Source: Bacteroidota bacterium
Lineage (GTDB): Bacteria; Bacteroidota; Bacteroidia; SXHM01
Direction of reading: 5' to 3'
Assembly (NCBI GenBank): GCA_947478465.1
Contig: CANJWH010000008.1
Location: 4,008 to 68,007 of the forward strand
DNA: 64,000 bases
Part shown: piece after piece, positions 17,519 to 27,413 of the stretch
Position numbering within the stretch: the stretch's first letter is position 1
Layout: every line of letters begins with the position of its first letter
Notes under the pieces: generated by a model
Databases searched by the model: none
What the model was told of the DNA's origin: nothing
The model's input: the letters and a program-made list of their open reading frames with translations, nothing else
Translations under genes and position numbers: made by a program

Positions 17519-19132
17519 GTGAAAAAAATATTCTTATTATTTACAATACTTCTTGCTTTTGCATCCTGCTATTCTCAAGAATATCAGTGGGCAAAAGCTG
17601 CCGGTTGGATTGGTCAGGATGCTGCTCGCGCAGTTGCGGTTGATGATGACGGGAATGTTTACGTAGCAGGACAATATGGGGGTTACTCACAATTTGACAC
17701 TATTTTTTGTTACGGTAATGGAACTTACGAAGCATTTTTAGCAAAGTATAATTCTACCGGTGAGATACAATGGGTGAAACATGCAGGCGGACCGAATGAA
17801 GATTATGCTACAGGTGTTTGTATTGATACAGGAGGATTTATTTACATCACCGGTTATTTTCTTGATTCCATATTTTTCGATGATCTTAAACTGGAAAGCG
17901 CAGACCTGAATGATATTTTTATTGCAAAATATTCACCAGCCGGTGAATTAGTTTGGGCAAAAAGTGCTGGTGGAAGAGGAGATGACAAAGGCTATGCAAT
18001 AACTGCAGATCCACAAGGCAATGTTGCAATTGCAGGGCAATTCACTGGCACAGCAAATTTTGATTTGAACTTTGTTTCGTCATCCGGTGATTATGATTCC
18101 TTTCTTGCAAAATATGGCAACAATGGCATTTGTCAATGGGTGAAAAAAGGTGGGGGAAGTAATGATGATGCAGCCAAAGGCATTGGTAGCGATGCCGCTG
18201 GTAATTTTTTTATTACAGGCTATATCTATGGTAGTACATTGTTTGATACCGTTCATTTAAGCACTACATCACCAACAAGCACTGATATTTTTATTGCTAA
18301 ATATCGCCCATGGGGTGATTTTGTGTGGATTAAAAAATGTGATAGCTACCTGGGTGATAATCCATATGCAATTGCTACCGACTGGCAAGGAAACAGTTAC
18401 CTCACAGGATATTTTCAAAACGAAACAACATTTGGAAATCATACAATACAAGCACATGGTTACAACGATGCTTTTCTTACAAAATACAATCCCGATGGCA
18501 ATTGTGAATGGGCTAAAGCAGTAGGTGGAAATGATTTAGATGTGGGCACGGCTGTTTGTGTTGACAATTTTGGTTCTGTTTACCTCACTGGTTTTTTCGA
18601 CTCTGCAATAGTTTTTCAAGACACTACATACATTGCTGCAGATTACGAAGTATTTATTGCAAAATACTGGTGGAATGGTGATGAAATATGGACACAAATT
18701 GGTGGTGGAGCTGGTAATGATTTTGGAAATGCTATTGGTGTTAACAAAACGGGAGAATTAGCAGTAGCAGGGTTTTATAACCTCTATGGCTATTTTGGTG
18801 ATTATGTTTTACCTCTAACTCAACAGCAAGACATTTTTGTCACCAAACTTTCAAACACGGTTGGAATAAAAGAAGAAACCAAAAAATCTTTTGCTTCAAT
18901 TTATCCTAATCCAGGTAAAGGTGATTTTATTATTGAAGCTCCTTTTGAGAAAAATCAATTGCTTAATATTTCTGCAACTGATGCTTGGGGGATGATTATT
19001 TTTTCCTCTGTTGAATTACCCCAAAACAATAAAATAAAACTATCAATGGATTTAATCTGTGATGGAATTTATTTTTTGAACGCTTACAACAATTCGCAAT
19101 CCTTTTCAGGAAAATTTATTGTGAACAGATGA
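17519..19132 (+). CDS. SBBP/beta-propeller repeat protein with T9SS type A C-terminal sorting domain
   Basis: I place the start at the GTG at 17519 (VKKIFLLFTILLAFASCYSQ signal), because the track start at 17492 lies inside the upstream terminator. Repeated G..DDxG.AI..D..GNVYVAG.F blades. C-terminal IYPNPGKGDFIIE...GIYFLNAYNN...GKFIVNR. Confidence 0.7.
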   Translation: MKKIFLLFTILLAFASCYSQEYQWAKAAGWIGQDAARAVAVDDDGNVYVAGQYGGYSQFDTIFCYGNGTYEAFLAKYNSTGEIQWVKHAGGPNEDYATGVCIDTGGFIYITGYFLDSIFFDDLKLESADLNDIFIAKYSPAGELVWAKSAGGRGDDKGYAITADPQGNVAIAGQFTGTANFDLNFVSSSGDYDSFLAKYGNNGICQWVKKGGGSNDDAAKGIGSDAAGNFFITGYIYGSTLFDTVHLSTTSPTSTDIFIAKYRPWGDFVWIKKCDSYLGDNPYAIATDWQGNSYLTGYFQNETTFGNHTIQAHGYNDAFLTKYNPDGNCEWAKAVGGNDLDVGTAVCVDNFGSVYLTGFFDSAIVFQDTTYIAADYEVFIAKYWWNGDEIWTQIGGGAGNDFGNAIGVNKTGELAVAGFYNLYGYFGDYVLPLTQQQDIFVTKLSNTVGIKEETKKSFASIYPNPGKGDFIIEAPFEKNQLLNISATDAWGMIIFSSVELPQNNKIKLSMDLICDGIYFLNAYNNSQSFSGKFIVNR

Positions 19133-19923
19133 GGTTTATTGTTCTATTCATACTTCAATTTTCAATTTTCATTTTCTATTCTTCAGCACAAGTTGTTCTC
19201 ATAAATGCCCATGCTCACAATGATTACTGGCATACTCGACCATTATTTCAGTCATTGAAAAATGGATTTATGAGTGTGGAAGCTGATTGCCATTTGATTG
19301 ATGGACGCATACTGGTAGCACATGAAAGAATATTTACAAAAAAATGCAGAACACTTCAGAAACTCTATCTCGAACCTTTATTGCAAAGAGCTAAAGAAAA
19401 TAATTTCAAAAGCGTTTATAAAAATGGACCACAAGAGTTTATCCTTTACATTGACATAAAAGCTGATTGCCAAATTTTTATTCCTTTTCTTGACAGTGTT
19501 CTGAATAACTATGATGCAATGCTTACAAAATTTGTTGATGACAAGAAAATTATTGGTGCTGTTCGCGTTTTGGTTGATCATTGCGGAAATGATAGTTACA
19601 TTTTAAACTCAAATCCACGATACATTTCATTATCAGGAAGCATGGGTGATGAAGACAAAAAAAATGGCAATGATATTATGCCGCGCATAAGTTTCTCTTA
19701 CAAGAGTTTATTACAATGGGATGGGAAAGGAAAGATGCCTGAAGCAGAAAAGGATAAACTAAAAACCTATATACAAAAAGCTCACTCAAATAATCATACA
19801 ATTAGAATATGGGCTGCTGGTAATAAAAAGAAAGTGTGGAAAGAATTAGTGGCTGCTGGTGTTGACTGGATTAATGTAGACAGACTAAATAAATTTAGAA
19901 AATTTATGGCTGAAAAAAACTAA
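19129..19923 (+). CDS. PLC-like phosphodiesterase (PI-PLC / glycerophosphodiester phosphodiesterase superfamily), secreted
   Basis: 264 aa. Signal-like N-terminus, then NAHAHNDYWHTRPL (the HxHNDY catalytic motif of the Ca-dependent PI-PLC-like family). ATGA overlap with the upstream gene. Confidence 0.6.
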   Translation: MRFIVLFILQFSIFIFYSSAQVVLINAHAHNDYWHTRPLFQSLKNGFMSVEADCHLIDGRILVAHERIFTKKCRTLQKLYLEPLLQRAKENNFKSVYKNGPQEFILYIDIKADCQIFIPFLDSVLNNYDAMLTKFVDDKKIIGAVRVLVDHCGNDSYILNSNPRYISLSGSMGDEDKKNGNDIMPRISFSYKSLLQWDGKGKMPEAEKDKLKTYIQKAHSNNHTIRIWAAGNKKKVWKELVAAGVDWINVDRLNKFRKFMAEKN

Positions 19924-22301
19924 AGCCTTACTCCTATTACCAAAATATCATCTACCTGTTCCAGCTCTCCAATCCATGTTATCATAGTTTTCTCCAGAAG
20001 TTCTTTCTGGCGACTCATTTTAAATTGTTGGTTTTCAGCAAAAAGATTTTTCAGGCGTTTATAGCCATATTTCTTTTCGTCCTTACCACCAAACTGGTCA
20101 ACTATACCATCTGAGAAAATATAGAAACAATCTCCTTTTTCAAAAGGAATAGTAAAGCAACTGTAGTTCCTTCTGCTACTGTGAATCATTCCGCCAATTG
20201 CGTTTTTATCGCCTTTCAATTCTTTGAATTCACCAGCTTCATTGAAAAAATATAACACCCTGTTTGCGGATGCAAATTGAAGTTCTTTCTTTTTGTAATC
20301 AATGCAACAGAGTGCAATATCCATCCCGTCATGATTCTCATTCAATCCATCTCGTTGCTTTAACGCAAACTGCACTTCACGGTGAAGATTGTTCAGCATT
20401 TCACCTGGATTTGTAATTTCTTCAACATTGGCAATTTGATTTAACAAATCGTTTCCAATCATACTCATAAATGCACCTGGTACTCCATGTCCTGTGCAGT
20501 CAACCGCAGCAATAAAAATTTTATCATCTTTTTTATTGAACCAGTAAAAATCACCGCTTACAATATCTTTGGGCTGAAAGAAAATGAATGAGTCAGGAAG
20601 TGAAGAACGTATGTCTTCAATTGTAGGAAGAATGGCTTCCTGTATGCGTTTTGCATAGGTGATGCTGGAAGTAATAACTTGATTCTTGTCTTCCAAAACT
20701 TCTTTTTGCAACTCAATTTCCCCCTTAGCTTTATTGATTGCTTTGTTTTTCAGCTCTAATTCTGCATTAACAATTTTGTTAGCACGATAACGGTTATAAA
20801 TTGTTCCGGCAAGGATGATAATGAGTAAAAGAACAGCTAGAACCAAATATAACACCCTACGTTGATTTACCTGAGATTCCTCTTGTTTTAGTTTTTCTAT
20901 GTTAAGTAGTTCTATTTCTTTTTCTTTTTTTTCCGTCTCATATTTTGCCTGCATTTCAAGCATAGCTTTGTCATTCTGTGCCTTTTGTAGTGAATCATTC
21001 AACTTTGTAAAGAGAACCTGAAACTCATAAGATTTCTGGTGATTGCCCATTTTGGCATAGGTTTCAGCAATAAGGTAGTAAATGCTTTTTGCCTGCTCCA
21101 TAGCTCCGCTGGCTTTTACAATTGTCAAAGCTTTAGACAGGTATTCCAGACTTTTTGAATAACTGCCCTGCAGCTGATAAAGCAGGCCGATAGACTGAAG
21201 AGTTTCCGAATATTTTTCATTGTAACCAATATTCTCCATCAATGTCAGTGACTGGAAATAATATTCTAGACTCTTATCAAAATTTTCCTGTAAACTGAAA
21301 TATTCACCAATGTTAATCAGTGAACTAACCATTCCCTTTTTATCACCTATTTCTTCCTGAATTTTGAGTGCTCGTGTGGCATTCTCCAATGCTTTTTTGT
21401 AATTACCTTCTTCTTTGTAAACACCGCCAATATTGAGCAAAAGGTTAGCAATACCACTTTTATCGCCAAGTATTTCTTTTATTTTTAACGACTTCTCATA
21501 ATATTCTAATGCCTTTATATAATTGCTTTGTTTGTAATAAATATTACCAACATTATTGAGTGTACTTGACTGCCCGAGATTATCACCAATTTCTTCAAAT
21601 ATTTTTAATGAATTAAGATAGTTTTCAATTGCTTTCTCAGAATTTCCTTTGTGCAGATATGTCATTCCGAAATTATTGAAACTATTGGCTATTCCTTTCT
21701 TATCATTGATTTCTTTAAAAATCTGATACGAATTTTCATAATATTCTAAAGCCTTATCATAACTACCTTGGTTCTTGTAAGCAAGACCTATATTGTTGAA
21801 AGAAATTGCTATTCCATTTTTATCATTTATTTCCTGTCTCAGCGCAAGTGACTTGAAGTAAAACTCAAGTGATTTATCATATGCACCCTGCGATATATAT
21901 ATGTTACCAATGTTATTAAGTGAAAGTGCTTCACTGCTTTTATCACCAATTTCGTGGTCGATGATTAGCGCTTTCTGCAAATACTCGAGTGCTTCTTTAT
22001 ATTTTCCTTGCAGTCGATAGACATTACCAATGTTATTGTAAGCAGGAGAAATTCCTCTCTTAAAGTTATTCTTCTGCGAAAGCCCAATAGACTCATTACT
22101 GTATGCAATAGCTTTGTCCGGATTAATGCGCAGGTATTGTTTGGCTAGTTCATTCAACAACTTTATCCGTAGAGTATCTTTTGCACTTTGATGTAAAGCA
22201 AGAACCTGTTCCAGGCTATCTATAGCCGGGTTTTGGGCAAAAGAATTTGCAGTAATCAGTAAGAATAAAATACAAATAAAATTTCTCAATGCAATTTTCA
22301 T
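19920..22301 (-). CDS. TPR-repeat sensor fused to a PP2C/SpoIIE-type serine phosphatase
   Basis: 793 aa. Signal peptide, about 9-10 TPR units (recurrent NNIGNVY..QG.Y.KALEYY), one TM segment (VLYLVLAVLLLIIILAGTIY), a coiled coil, then a PP2C domain with GDFYWF...AAVDCTGHGVPGAFMSMIG...SDGIVDQFGG. Confidence 0.85.
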   Translation of the reverse strand: MKIALRNFICILFLLITANSFAQNPAIDSLEQVLALHQSAKDTLRIKLLNELAKQYLRINPDKAIAYSNESIGLSQKNNFKRGISPAYNNIGNVYRLQGKYKEALEYLQKALIIDHEIGDKSSEALSLNNIGNIYISQGAYDKSLEFYFKSLALRQEINDKNGIAISFNNIGLAYKNQGSYDKALEYYENSYQIFKEINDKKGIANSFNNFGMTYLHKGNSEKAIENYLNSLKIFEEIGDNLGQSSTLNNVGNIYYKQSNYIKALEYYEKSLKIKEILGDKSGIANLLLNIGGVYKEEGNYKKALENATRALKIQEEIGDKKGMVSSLINIGEYFSLQENFDKSLEYYFQSLTLMENIGYNEKYSETLQSIGLLYQLQGSYSKSLEYLSKALTIVKASGAMEQAKSIYYLIAETYAKMGNHQKSYEFQVLFTKLNDSLQKAQNDKAMLEMQAKYETEKKEKEIELLNIEKLKQEESQVNQRRVLYLVLAVLLLIIILAGTIYNRYRANKIVNAELELKNKAINKAKGEIELQKEVLEDKNQVITSSITYAKRIQEAILPTIEDIRSSLPDSFIFFQPKDIVSGDFYWFNKKDDKIFIAAVDCTGHGVPGAFMSMIGNDLLNQIANVEEITNPGEMLNNLHREVQFALKQRDGLNENHDGMDIALCCIDYKKKELQFASANRVLYFFNEAGEFKELKGDKNAIGGMIHSSRRNYSCFTIPFEKGDCFYIFSDGIVDQFGGKDEKKYGYKRLKNLFAENQQFKMSRQKELLEKTMITWIGELEQVDDILVIGVRL

Positions 22302-22321
22302 TTCTCTAAGTCAAATATAAA

Positions 22322-25300
22322 CTAAAGCCTTATTCCCATAACCAAAATATCATCTACCTGTTTGTAATCACCTTTCCATTCCTCATGTGCTGTGAATATT
22401 TTTTTCCTTTGCTCATCCATTGTTAACTCATTGTTATTAATCAGTAATTCTTTCAATTTTCCAGTCATAAATTTCTTCCCTTTAGGTCCGCCAAACTGAT
22501 CGGCATAACCATCGGAGAATAAATAAATACAATCACCTTTTTTCAGATTCAGTTTATTAGAAGTGTAACGGTAATTTGTGTCAGACGTTCCGCTGATAGA
22601 AGATTTATCACCTTCCACTTCCCGAAACTCTCCTTTGCTGATTATATATAATGGGCGCAATGCTCCTGAAAAATTTACTTCTTTATTTTTAAGATTAATA
22701 GAACAAATGGCTACGTCCATCCCTTGTTGCGTTTCAAATTCTCTTGCGCTTTGTTTGAATGCAAGTTTTATTCCGAGATTAAGTTCGGTAAGAATTTCAG
22801 ATGGCTCTGTTACCTGTTTTTCAATAATTATCTGGTTAAGCAAGTCGGTTCCAATCATACTCATAAATGCTCCTGCAACTCCATGCCCTGTGCAATCCAC
22901 AACTGCCACAAACACATTATCATCATGGCGGAATAACCAATAAAAATCACCTCCCACAATTTCTTTTGGACGGTAGAGAATAAAATGTTCCGGAAAAACT
23001 TTATTTATTTCTTCACCACTTGGCAAAATCGCCATCTGAATATTCCGAGCATAATTTATTCCTTCTGTGATATGGCGATTTTGTTGTTCAACAATTTCCT
23101 TTTGCTCTTGTAACTGGTGTGTTCGTTCTACAACTTTTTCTTCCAGTTCAGCTTTTTCATCCAATAGCTTTTGTTCACGCCATTTTATATACGCAACAGT
23201 TGATGTAATCAAAAAAACCGCCACCAATATATAAAACAGCCATGTTCTCCAAAATGGAGGAGTAATTACAAAATGTATTTCAACCGGCTGCGACCAGATT
23301 TTTTCATCGTTGCAGGCACGAATAATAAATGTGTAATCGCCCGGAGCAAGATTTGAATAATTTGCTTCGCTGATTTTTGTTTCCGGCATCCAATCTTTGT
23401 CTGAGCCTTTCAGCATCCATTGGTAAAAAACCTTTTCAGGGTTTTTGTGAGTGATAGCACTGAATGTAAAAAATAAATAGTTTTCGTTGTAAGGAAGTTT
23501 CATATTCACAGGCAAACCTGAGATCGAATCAATACGTTCGGAATATTTTTCTTTGTCAAACTGTTTGAAGAAAAGCAGAATATCATTCACAACCAATTCG
23601 GGTACTTTTGTGTTTATTTTTTCCTCAGATTGTGTGAAGCGGGTTATACCTTTTGCTGTTCCGAACCATAGATGTCCGTCATTATCAGACAATGCTGCAT
23701 TAGAATTACATTCAATTGATTTAAAACCTTCACTATAGCCATAACTGCGAACGAGGATTTTGTTTTCTGAATCAAAACTGATTTTATTTATTCCACGCTG
23801 TGTTCCTGCCCAAAGTATTCCACTATTATCAAAAACCAATGAGCGCACAACATCAGAACTCAAACCATCATTCTGTTTTATTGCTGTAAATTTTTTATCG
23901 CGGAAAGAAAGAAATCCATTCTCTTCAGTGCGGAAGAAGATAGTTCCGTTTTTACTTTGTATAATTGAAAGAACAGGCGATTTATTTTCATCAAACTTTT
24001 GAATTCGCTTGCCGTCAAACTTGTAAATAATTCCATCGAAACCTCCCATCCAGATATTTCCTGAATTATCTTCCATCAGTGAAACAATATTGTTATCAGT
24101 AACATCTTCACTGATTTCAATTTTGGTGAAACCCGAACTGTCTGATTTTGCAACTCCGTTTGGTGTGGCAATCCATATTTTCCCTTTACGATCGCAGATG
24201 ATATCGTTTATGTTGTTGGATGGCAAACCAACATCTTCTGTATATTGTGTAACTGTAGTTTTCTTGGCCTGCTCTAAAACATAAGCACCTTCAAAATCAG
24301 AGGTTCCAAACCAAATTCTGCCAAACCTGTCTTCTGCAATGCAACTGATAACGCGCTCATTCAGTGTTTCATCAATTTCCCATTTAGTGAAATTATCTCC
24401 ATTGAAAATATAAATTCCTCCTCCGCGATTTGGTGCAATAATTTTTCCGGTGGATGTTTTAAAAATTTCAGAAGGGCTAAAACCAGGCTCAGAAAAATGC
24501 ACAAAACTTCGGTCTGCTAATTTTGTTAATCCTTTTTTGGTGCCTAACCAGAGATTGTCTTCGCGGTCAACAAATACGCAGTTTACTTTATTATCAGGCA
24601 TTCCTGCTTTTTCTGTACTGTGAGAAAATATTTTGCCATCATATTTTGTAACTCCATAATCCGAGGCCATCCATAAATTTCCTGAGCCATCAAATGCAAA
24701 ATCATTTAGCTGAAAACTAAGTAAGCCTTGCTGCTGACCAATATTCGTAAATTTCTTACCATCAAAAATACTGATGCCTGAAGTGGTTGATGCTACGACT
24801 TCGCCTTTACTGTTAATGTCAACATTTGTTATATAATTGTCAGCCAGGCCATCATTGGTTTTAAAAAACACAACGCTTTTTCCGTCATATCTTCCCAAGC
24901 CGCCACCATAGGCACCAAGCCACAAATTTCCATTTTTATCTTCGCAAATGGAGTAGATAAAATTTCCGGCTGAACCATTATTTAGCTCAAGATTTTCGAA
25001 TTTACCATTGTTGAATTTTGAAACGCCAGAAAAAGTTCCGAACCAGAGATTTTTTTTACTATCCTCAAAAATTGAACGAACATCATTTGAGATTAAGCCG
25101 TTTTCTTCGCTGAAGTGCTTAAACTTAGTTCCGTCAAAACTTGCAACCCCTTTATTAGAACATGAAATCCATAAAATCCCTTTGCTGTCCTGGGTTATTG
25201 CAAGAACATTTGAAGAGGGCAAACTATCTTTTACAGTCCATGTTTTAAAATTTTTGCCATCAAAACGGGTAAGTCCTCCATTACCACCAATCCAGATATA

Positions 25301-25474
25301 CCCTTTTTTATCCTGATAAACTGTATTTATATTGCTTTGCTCAAACCCGTCTTCAACGGAAAAATTGCTGAAATTATATTGCTGACAAAAAGCGCCAAAG
25401 CAAGAAAGAGCAAGAAATAAAATGAGAAAATATCTCATTAAAATGTAGACGAAAATGTGCGAAGTTTTATACAA
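22322..25474 (-). CDS. Reg_prop beta-propeller / Y_Y_Y sensor fused to a PP2C/SpoIIE-type serine phosphatase
   Basis: 1050 aa. The start is more likely the ATG at 25438 (MRYFLILFLALSCFGAFCQQ). Many two-component-regulator-propeller repeats (D..G.LW.GT..G). Y_Y_Y region YQWMLKGSDKDW...GDYTFIIRA, then TM PPFWRTWLFYILVAVFLI, then PP2C GDFYWL...AVVDCTGHGVAGAFMSMIG...SDGYADQFGG. Confidence 0.85.
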   Translation of the reverse strand: MYKTSHIFVYILMRYFLILFLALSCFGAFCQQYNFSNFSVEDGFEQSNINTVYQDKKGYIWIGGNGGLTRFDGKNFKTWTVKDSLPSSNVLAITQDSKGILWISCSNKGVASFDGTKFKHFSEENGLISNDVRSIFEDSKKNLWFGTFSGVSKFNNGKFENLELNNGSAGNFIYSICEDKNGNLWLGAYGGGLGRYDGKSVVFFKTNDGLADNYITNVDINSKGEVVASTTSGISIFDGKKFTNIGQQQGLLSFQLNDFAFDGSGNLWMASDYGVTKYDGKIFSHSTEKAGMPDNKVNCVFVDREDNLWLGTKKGLTKLADRSFVHFSEPGFSPSEIFKTSTGKIIAPNRGGGIYIFNGDNFTKWEIDETLNERVISCIAEDRFGRIWFGTSDFEGAYVLEQAKKTTVTQYTEDVGLPSNNINDIICDRKGKIWIATPNGVAKSDSSGFTKIEISEDVTDNNIVSLMEDNSGNIWMGGFDGIIYKFDGKRIQKFDENKSPVLSIIQSKNGTIFFRTEENGFLSFRDKKFTAIKQNDGLSSDVVRSLVFDNSGILWAGTQRGINKISFDSENKILVRSYGYSEGFKSIECNSNAALSDNDGHLWFGTAKGITRFTQSEEKINTKVPELVVNDILLFFKQFDKEKYSERIDSISGLPVNMKLPYNENYLFFTFSAITHKNPEKVFYQWMLKGSDKDWMPETKISEANYSNLAPGDYTFIIRACNDEKIWSQPVEIHFVITPPFWRTWLFYILVAVFLITSTVAYIKWREQKLLDEKAELEEKVVERTHQLQEQKEIVEQQNRHITEGINYARNIQMAILPSGEEINKVFPEHFILYRPKEIVGGDFYWLFRHDDNVFVAVVDCTGHGVAGAFMSMIGTDLLNQIIIEKQVTEPSEILTELNLGIKLAFKQSAREFETQQGMDVAICSINLKNKEVNFSGALRPLYIISKGEFREVEGDKSSISGTSDTNYRYTSNKLNLKKGDCIYLFSDGYADQFGGPKGKKFMTGKLKELLINNNELTMDEQRKKIFTAHEEWKGDYKQVDDILVMGIRL

Positions 25475-25604
25475 AGCGAAATCTTTACGAAACTTTATGT
25501 ATTAAGTTTCTCGTTAAAGCGTATCGAACGATAAAAAAATTAGTCGTTACGTTTTTCAAAAAAAACTACATTTACGAACGTTTAAACGATAAAAAATCAA
25601 AACT

Positions 25605-26357
25605 ATGTCAAAGATTAACATTCTGGTGGTTGAGGACGAAGCCATTGTATCTAAGGATATACAGAACAGCCTTAAAAAATTAGGCTATAACGTAGTAGCT
25701 GCAGTAGATTCAGGCGAAGCTGCTATTGTTGCTGCAGAAGAACACAAACCAGATTTAGTAATGATGGACATTATGCTGAAAGGCGAATTGAGCGGTATTG
25801 AAGCGGCAGACCAAATCCGTCAGAAATTTGACGTTCCGGTTCTTTACCTTACTGCTTATGCAGATGAAAGTACACTTGCAAAAGCAAAGGTAACTGAGCC
25901 ATATGGCTATATTATCAAACCTTTTAAAGAAATTGATTTGCACACTACCATTGAAATGGCGTTGTACAAACATGGCAAAGAAAGTGAATTACGTAAAGAG
26001 CGAGATATGTATTCGTCAATTGTTCTGGATAAAAATACCAGCGATTGCATTTTCGTAAAATCAAATTCCCGCTTAGTAAAACTAAAAACAGCCGACATCA
26101 TGTATGTAGAGGCATTGAAAGATTATGTGATTATTCATGCAGTTGGAGCAAAATACACCGTTCATTCCACCATGAAAGATATGCAGTCGAGCCTTATGGA
26201 CAAGGATTTTATTCGTGTTCACAGATCTTATATTGTGCGTATTGACAAAATTGCAGCTATTGACTACCCAAATCTGATTATGGAAGACGACAAAAAAGTA
26301 ATTCCTATTGGTGGTTCTTATAAAGATGATTTAAACAGCAGGCTGAAGTTTGTATAG
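25605..26357 (+). CDS. LytTR-family response regulator (CheY receiver + LytTR DNA-binding domain)
   Basis: 250 aa. Receiver ILVVEDE...DLVMMDIMLKG...IIKPF. C-terminal LytTR pattern IMYVEALKDYVIIH...IRVHRSYIVRIDKI. Confidence 0.9.
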   Translation: MSKINILVVEDEAIVSKDIQNSLKKLGYNVVAAVDSGEAAIVAAEEHKPDLVMMDIMLKGELSGIEAADQIRQKFDVPVLYLTAYADESTLAKAKVTEPYGYIIKPFKEIDLHTTIEMALYKHGKESELRKERDMYSSIVLDKNTSDCIFVKSNSRLVKLKTADIMYVEALKDYVIIHAVGAKYTVHSTMKDMQSSLMDKDFIRVHRSYIVRIDKIAAIDYPNLIMEDDKKVIPIGGSYKDDLNSRLKFV

Positions 26358-26384
26358 CGCTGAAAGGCTGCTTACATTTATCCT

Positions 26385-27347
26385 GTGAAAATCCTCATTC
26401 TCCGTTTCAGTTCAATTGGTGATATTGTTCTCACATCGCCTGTTGTGCGCTGCCTTAAGCAACAACTTAACAATGTTGAAATTCATTATCTGACCAAGAA
26501 ATCTTTCGTTTCTATAGTTGAGAATAATCCAAACATTGACAAGGTTTTCAGTTTTGAAAAAGATGTAGATGAAGTTCTGTCTGAACTGAAAAAAGAAAAG
26601 TATGATTGGATAATAGATCTACATCATAATTTTCGTTCAATGAGAGTTAAAAGGTCTTTAGGAAAGCCGTGGAAGTCATTTAACAAATTGAATATTGAAA
26701 AGTGGTTACTGGTAAATTTTAAAATCAATCTGCTTCCGCAGAAACATATTGTTGGTCGCTACTTTGAAACAGTTACCCACCTTGGTGTTAAGAACGATTT
26801 AAACGGTTTAGATTTTTTTATTGATGCAAAGAATGAAGTTAACATTTCATCTTTACAAAAAGAATTTCACAATGGGTTTATCGCTTTTGTGATAGGTGCA
26901 AAACACAACACAAAAAAACTTCCTTTTGAGAAAATAATTTCTATTTGTAAAAAAATAAATCAACCTATAATTTTTATTGGCGGCAGAGAAGATTTTGAAA
27001 CAGGGAAAACGATTGCTTCTCAAACCCCAAATATCTTTAACGCCTGCGGAAAATATAACCTTCAACAATCTGCTTCATTAGTAAAACAGGCAGAAAAAGT
27101 AATTACGCACGACACAGGAATGATGCACATTGCTGCTGCTTTTAAGAAAAATATTATTTCTGTATGGGGAAATACAGTTCCTGAATTTGGCATGTTTCCT
27201 TACATGCCGGAGAATGAAGCAAACTCAAAAATTGTGGAGGTTAAAAATCTATCGTGCCGACCATGCTCAAAAATTGGTTTTGAAAAATGTCCGAAAGGGC
27301 ATTTTAAGTGCATGAATGAAATTGACGAAACAGAGTTTATAACTTAA
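26385..27347 (+). CDS. Glycosyltransferase family 9 (heptosyltransferase-like)
   Basis: 320 aa, GTG start. MKILILRFSSIGDIVLTSPVVRCLKQQ and ...VITHDTGMMHIAAAF are typical GT9 motifs. Confidence 0.8.
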   Translation: MKILILRFSSIGDIVLTSPVVRCLKQQLNNVEIHYLTKKSFVSIVENNPNIDKVFSFEKDVDEVLSELKKEKYDWIIDLHHNFRSMRVKRSLGKPWKSFNKLNIEKWLLVNFKINLLPQKHIVGRYFETVTHLGVKNDLNGLDFFIDAKNEVNISSLQKEFHNGFIAFVIGAKHNTKKLPFEKIISICKKINQPIIFIGGREDFETGKTIASQTPNIFNACGKYNLQQSASLVKQAEKVITHDTGMMHIAAAFKKNIISVWGNTVPEFGMFPYMPENEANSKIVEVKNLSCRPCSKIGFEKCPKGHFKCMNEIDETEFIT

Positions 27348-27413
27348 TACAAAGTTCTGTTTCCGTATTTTTTTGAAGCCTACCTTTATCTTTTAAATAA
27401 AAAGGACTTTCCC

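Noticed and set aside
19920-19923. Overlapping convergent stop codons (also at 46201-46204) as a regulatory feature
   Set aside because: Four-nucleotide convergent overlaps are common in compact genomes, and I see no associated structure.
22578-25316. Plus-strand ORFs inside the propeller-PP2C gene
   Set aside because: They are antisense shadows of a 1050-aa gene with clear domain structure.
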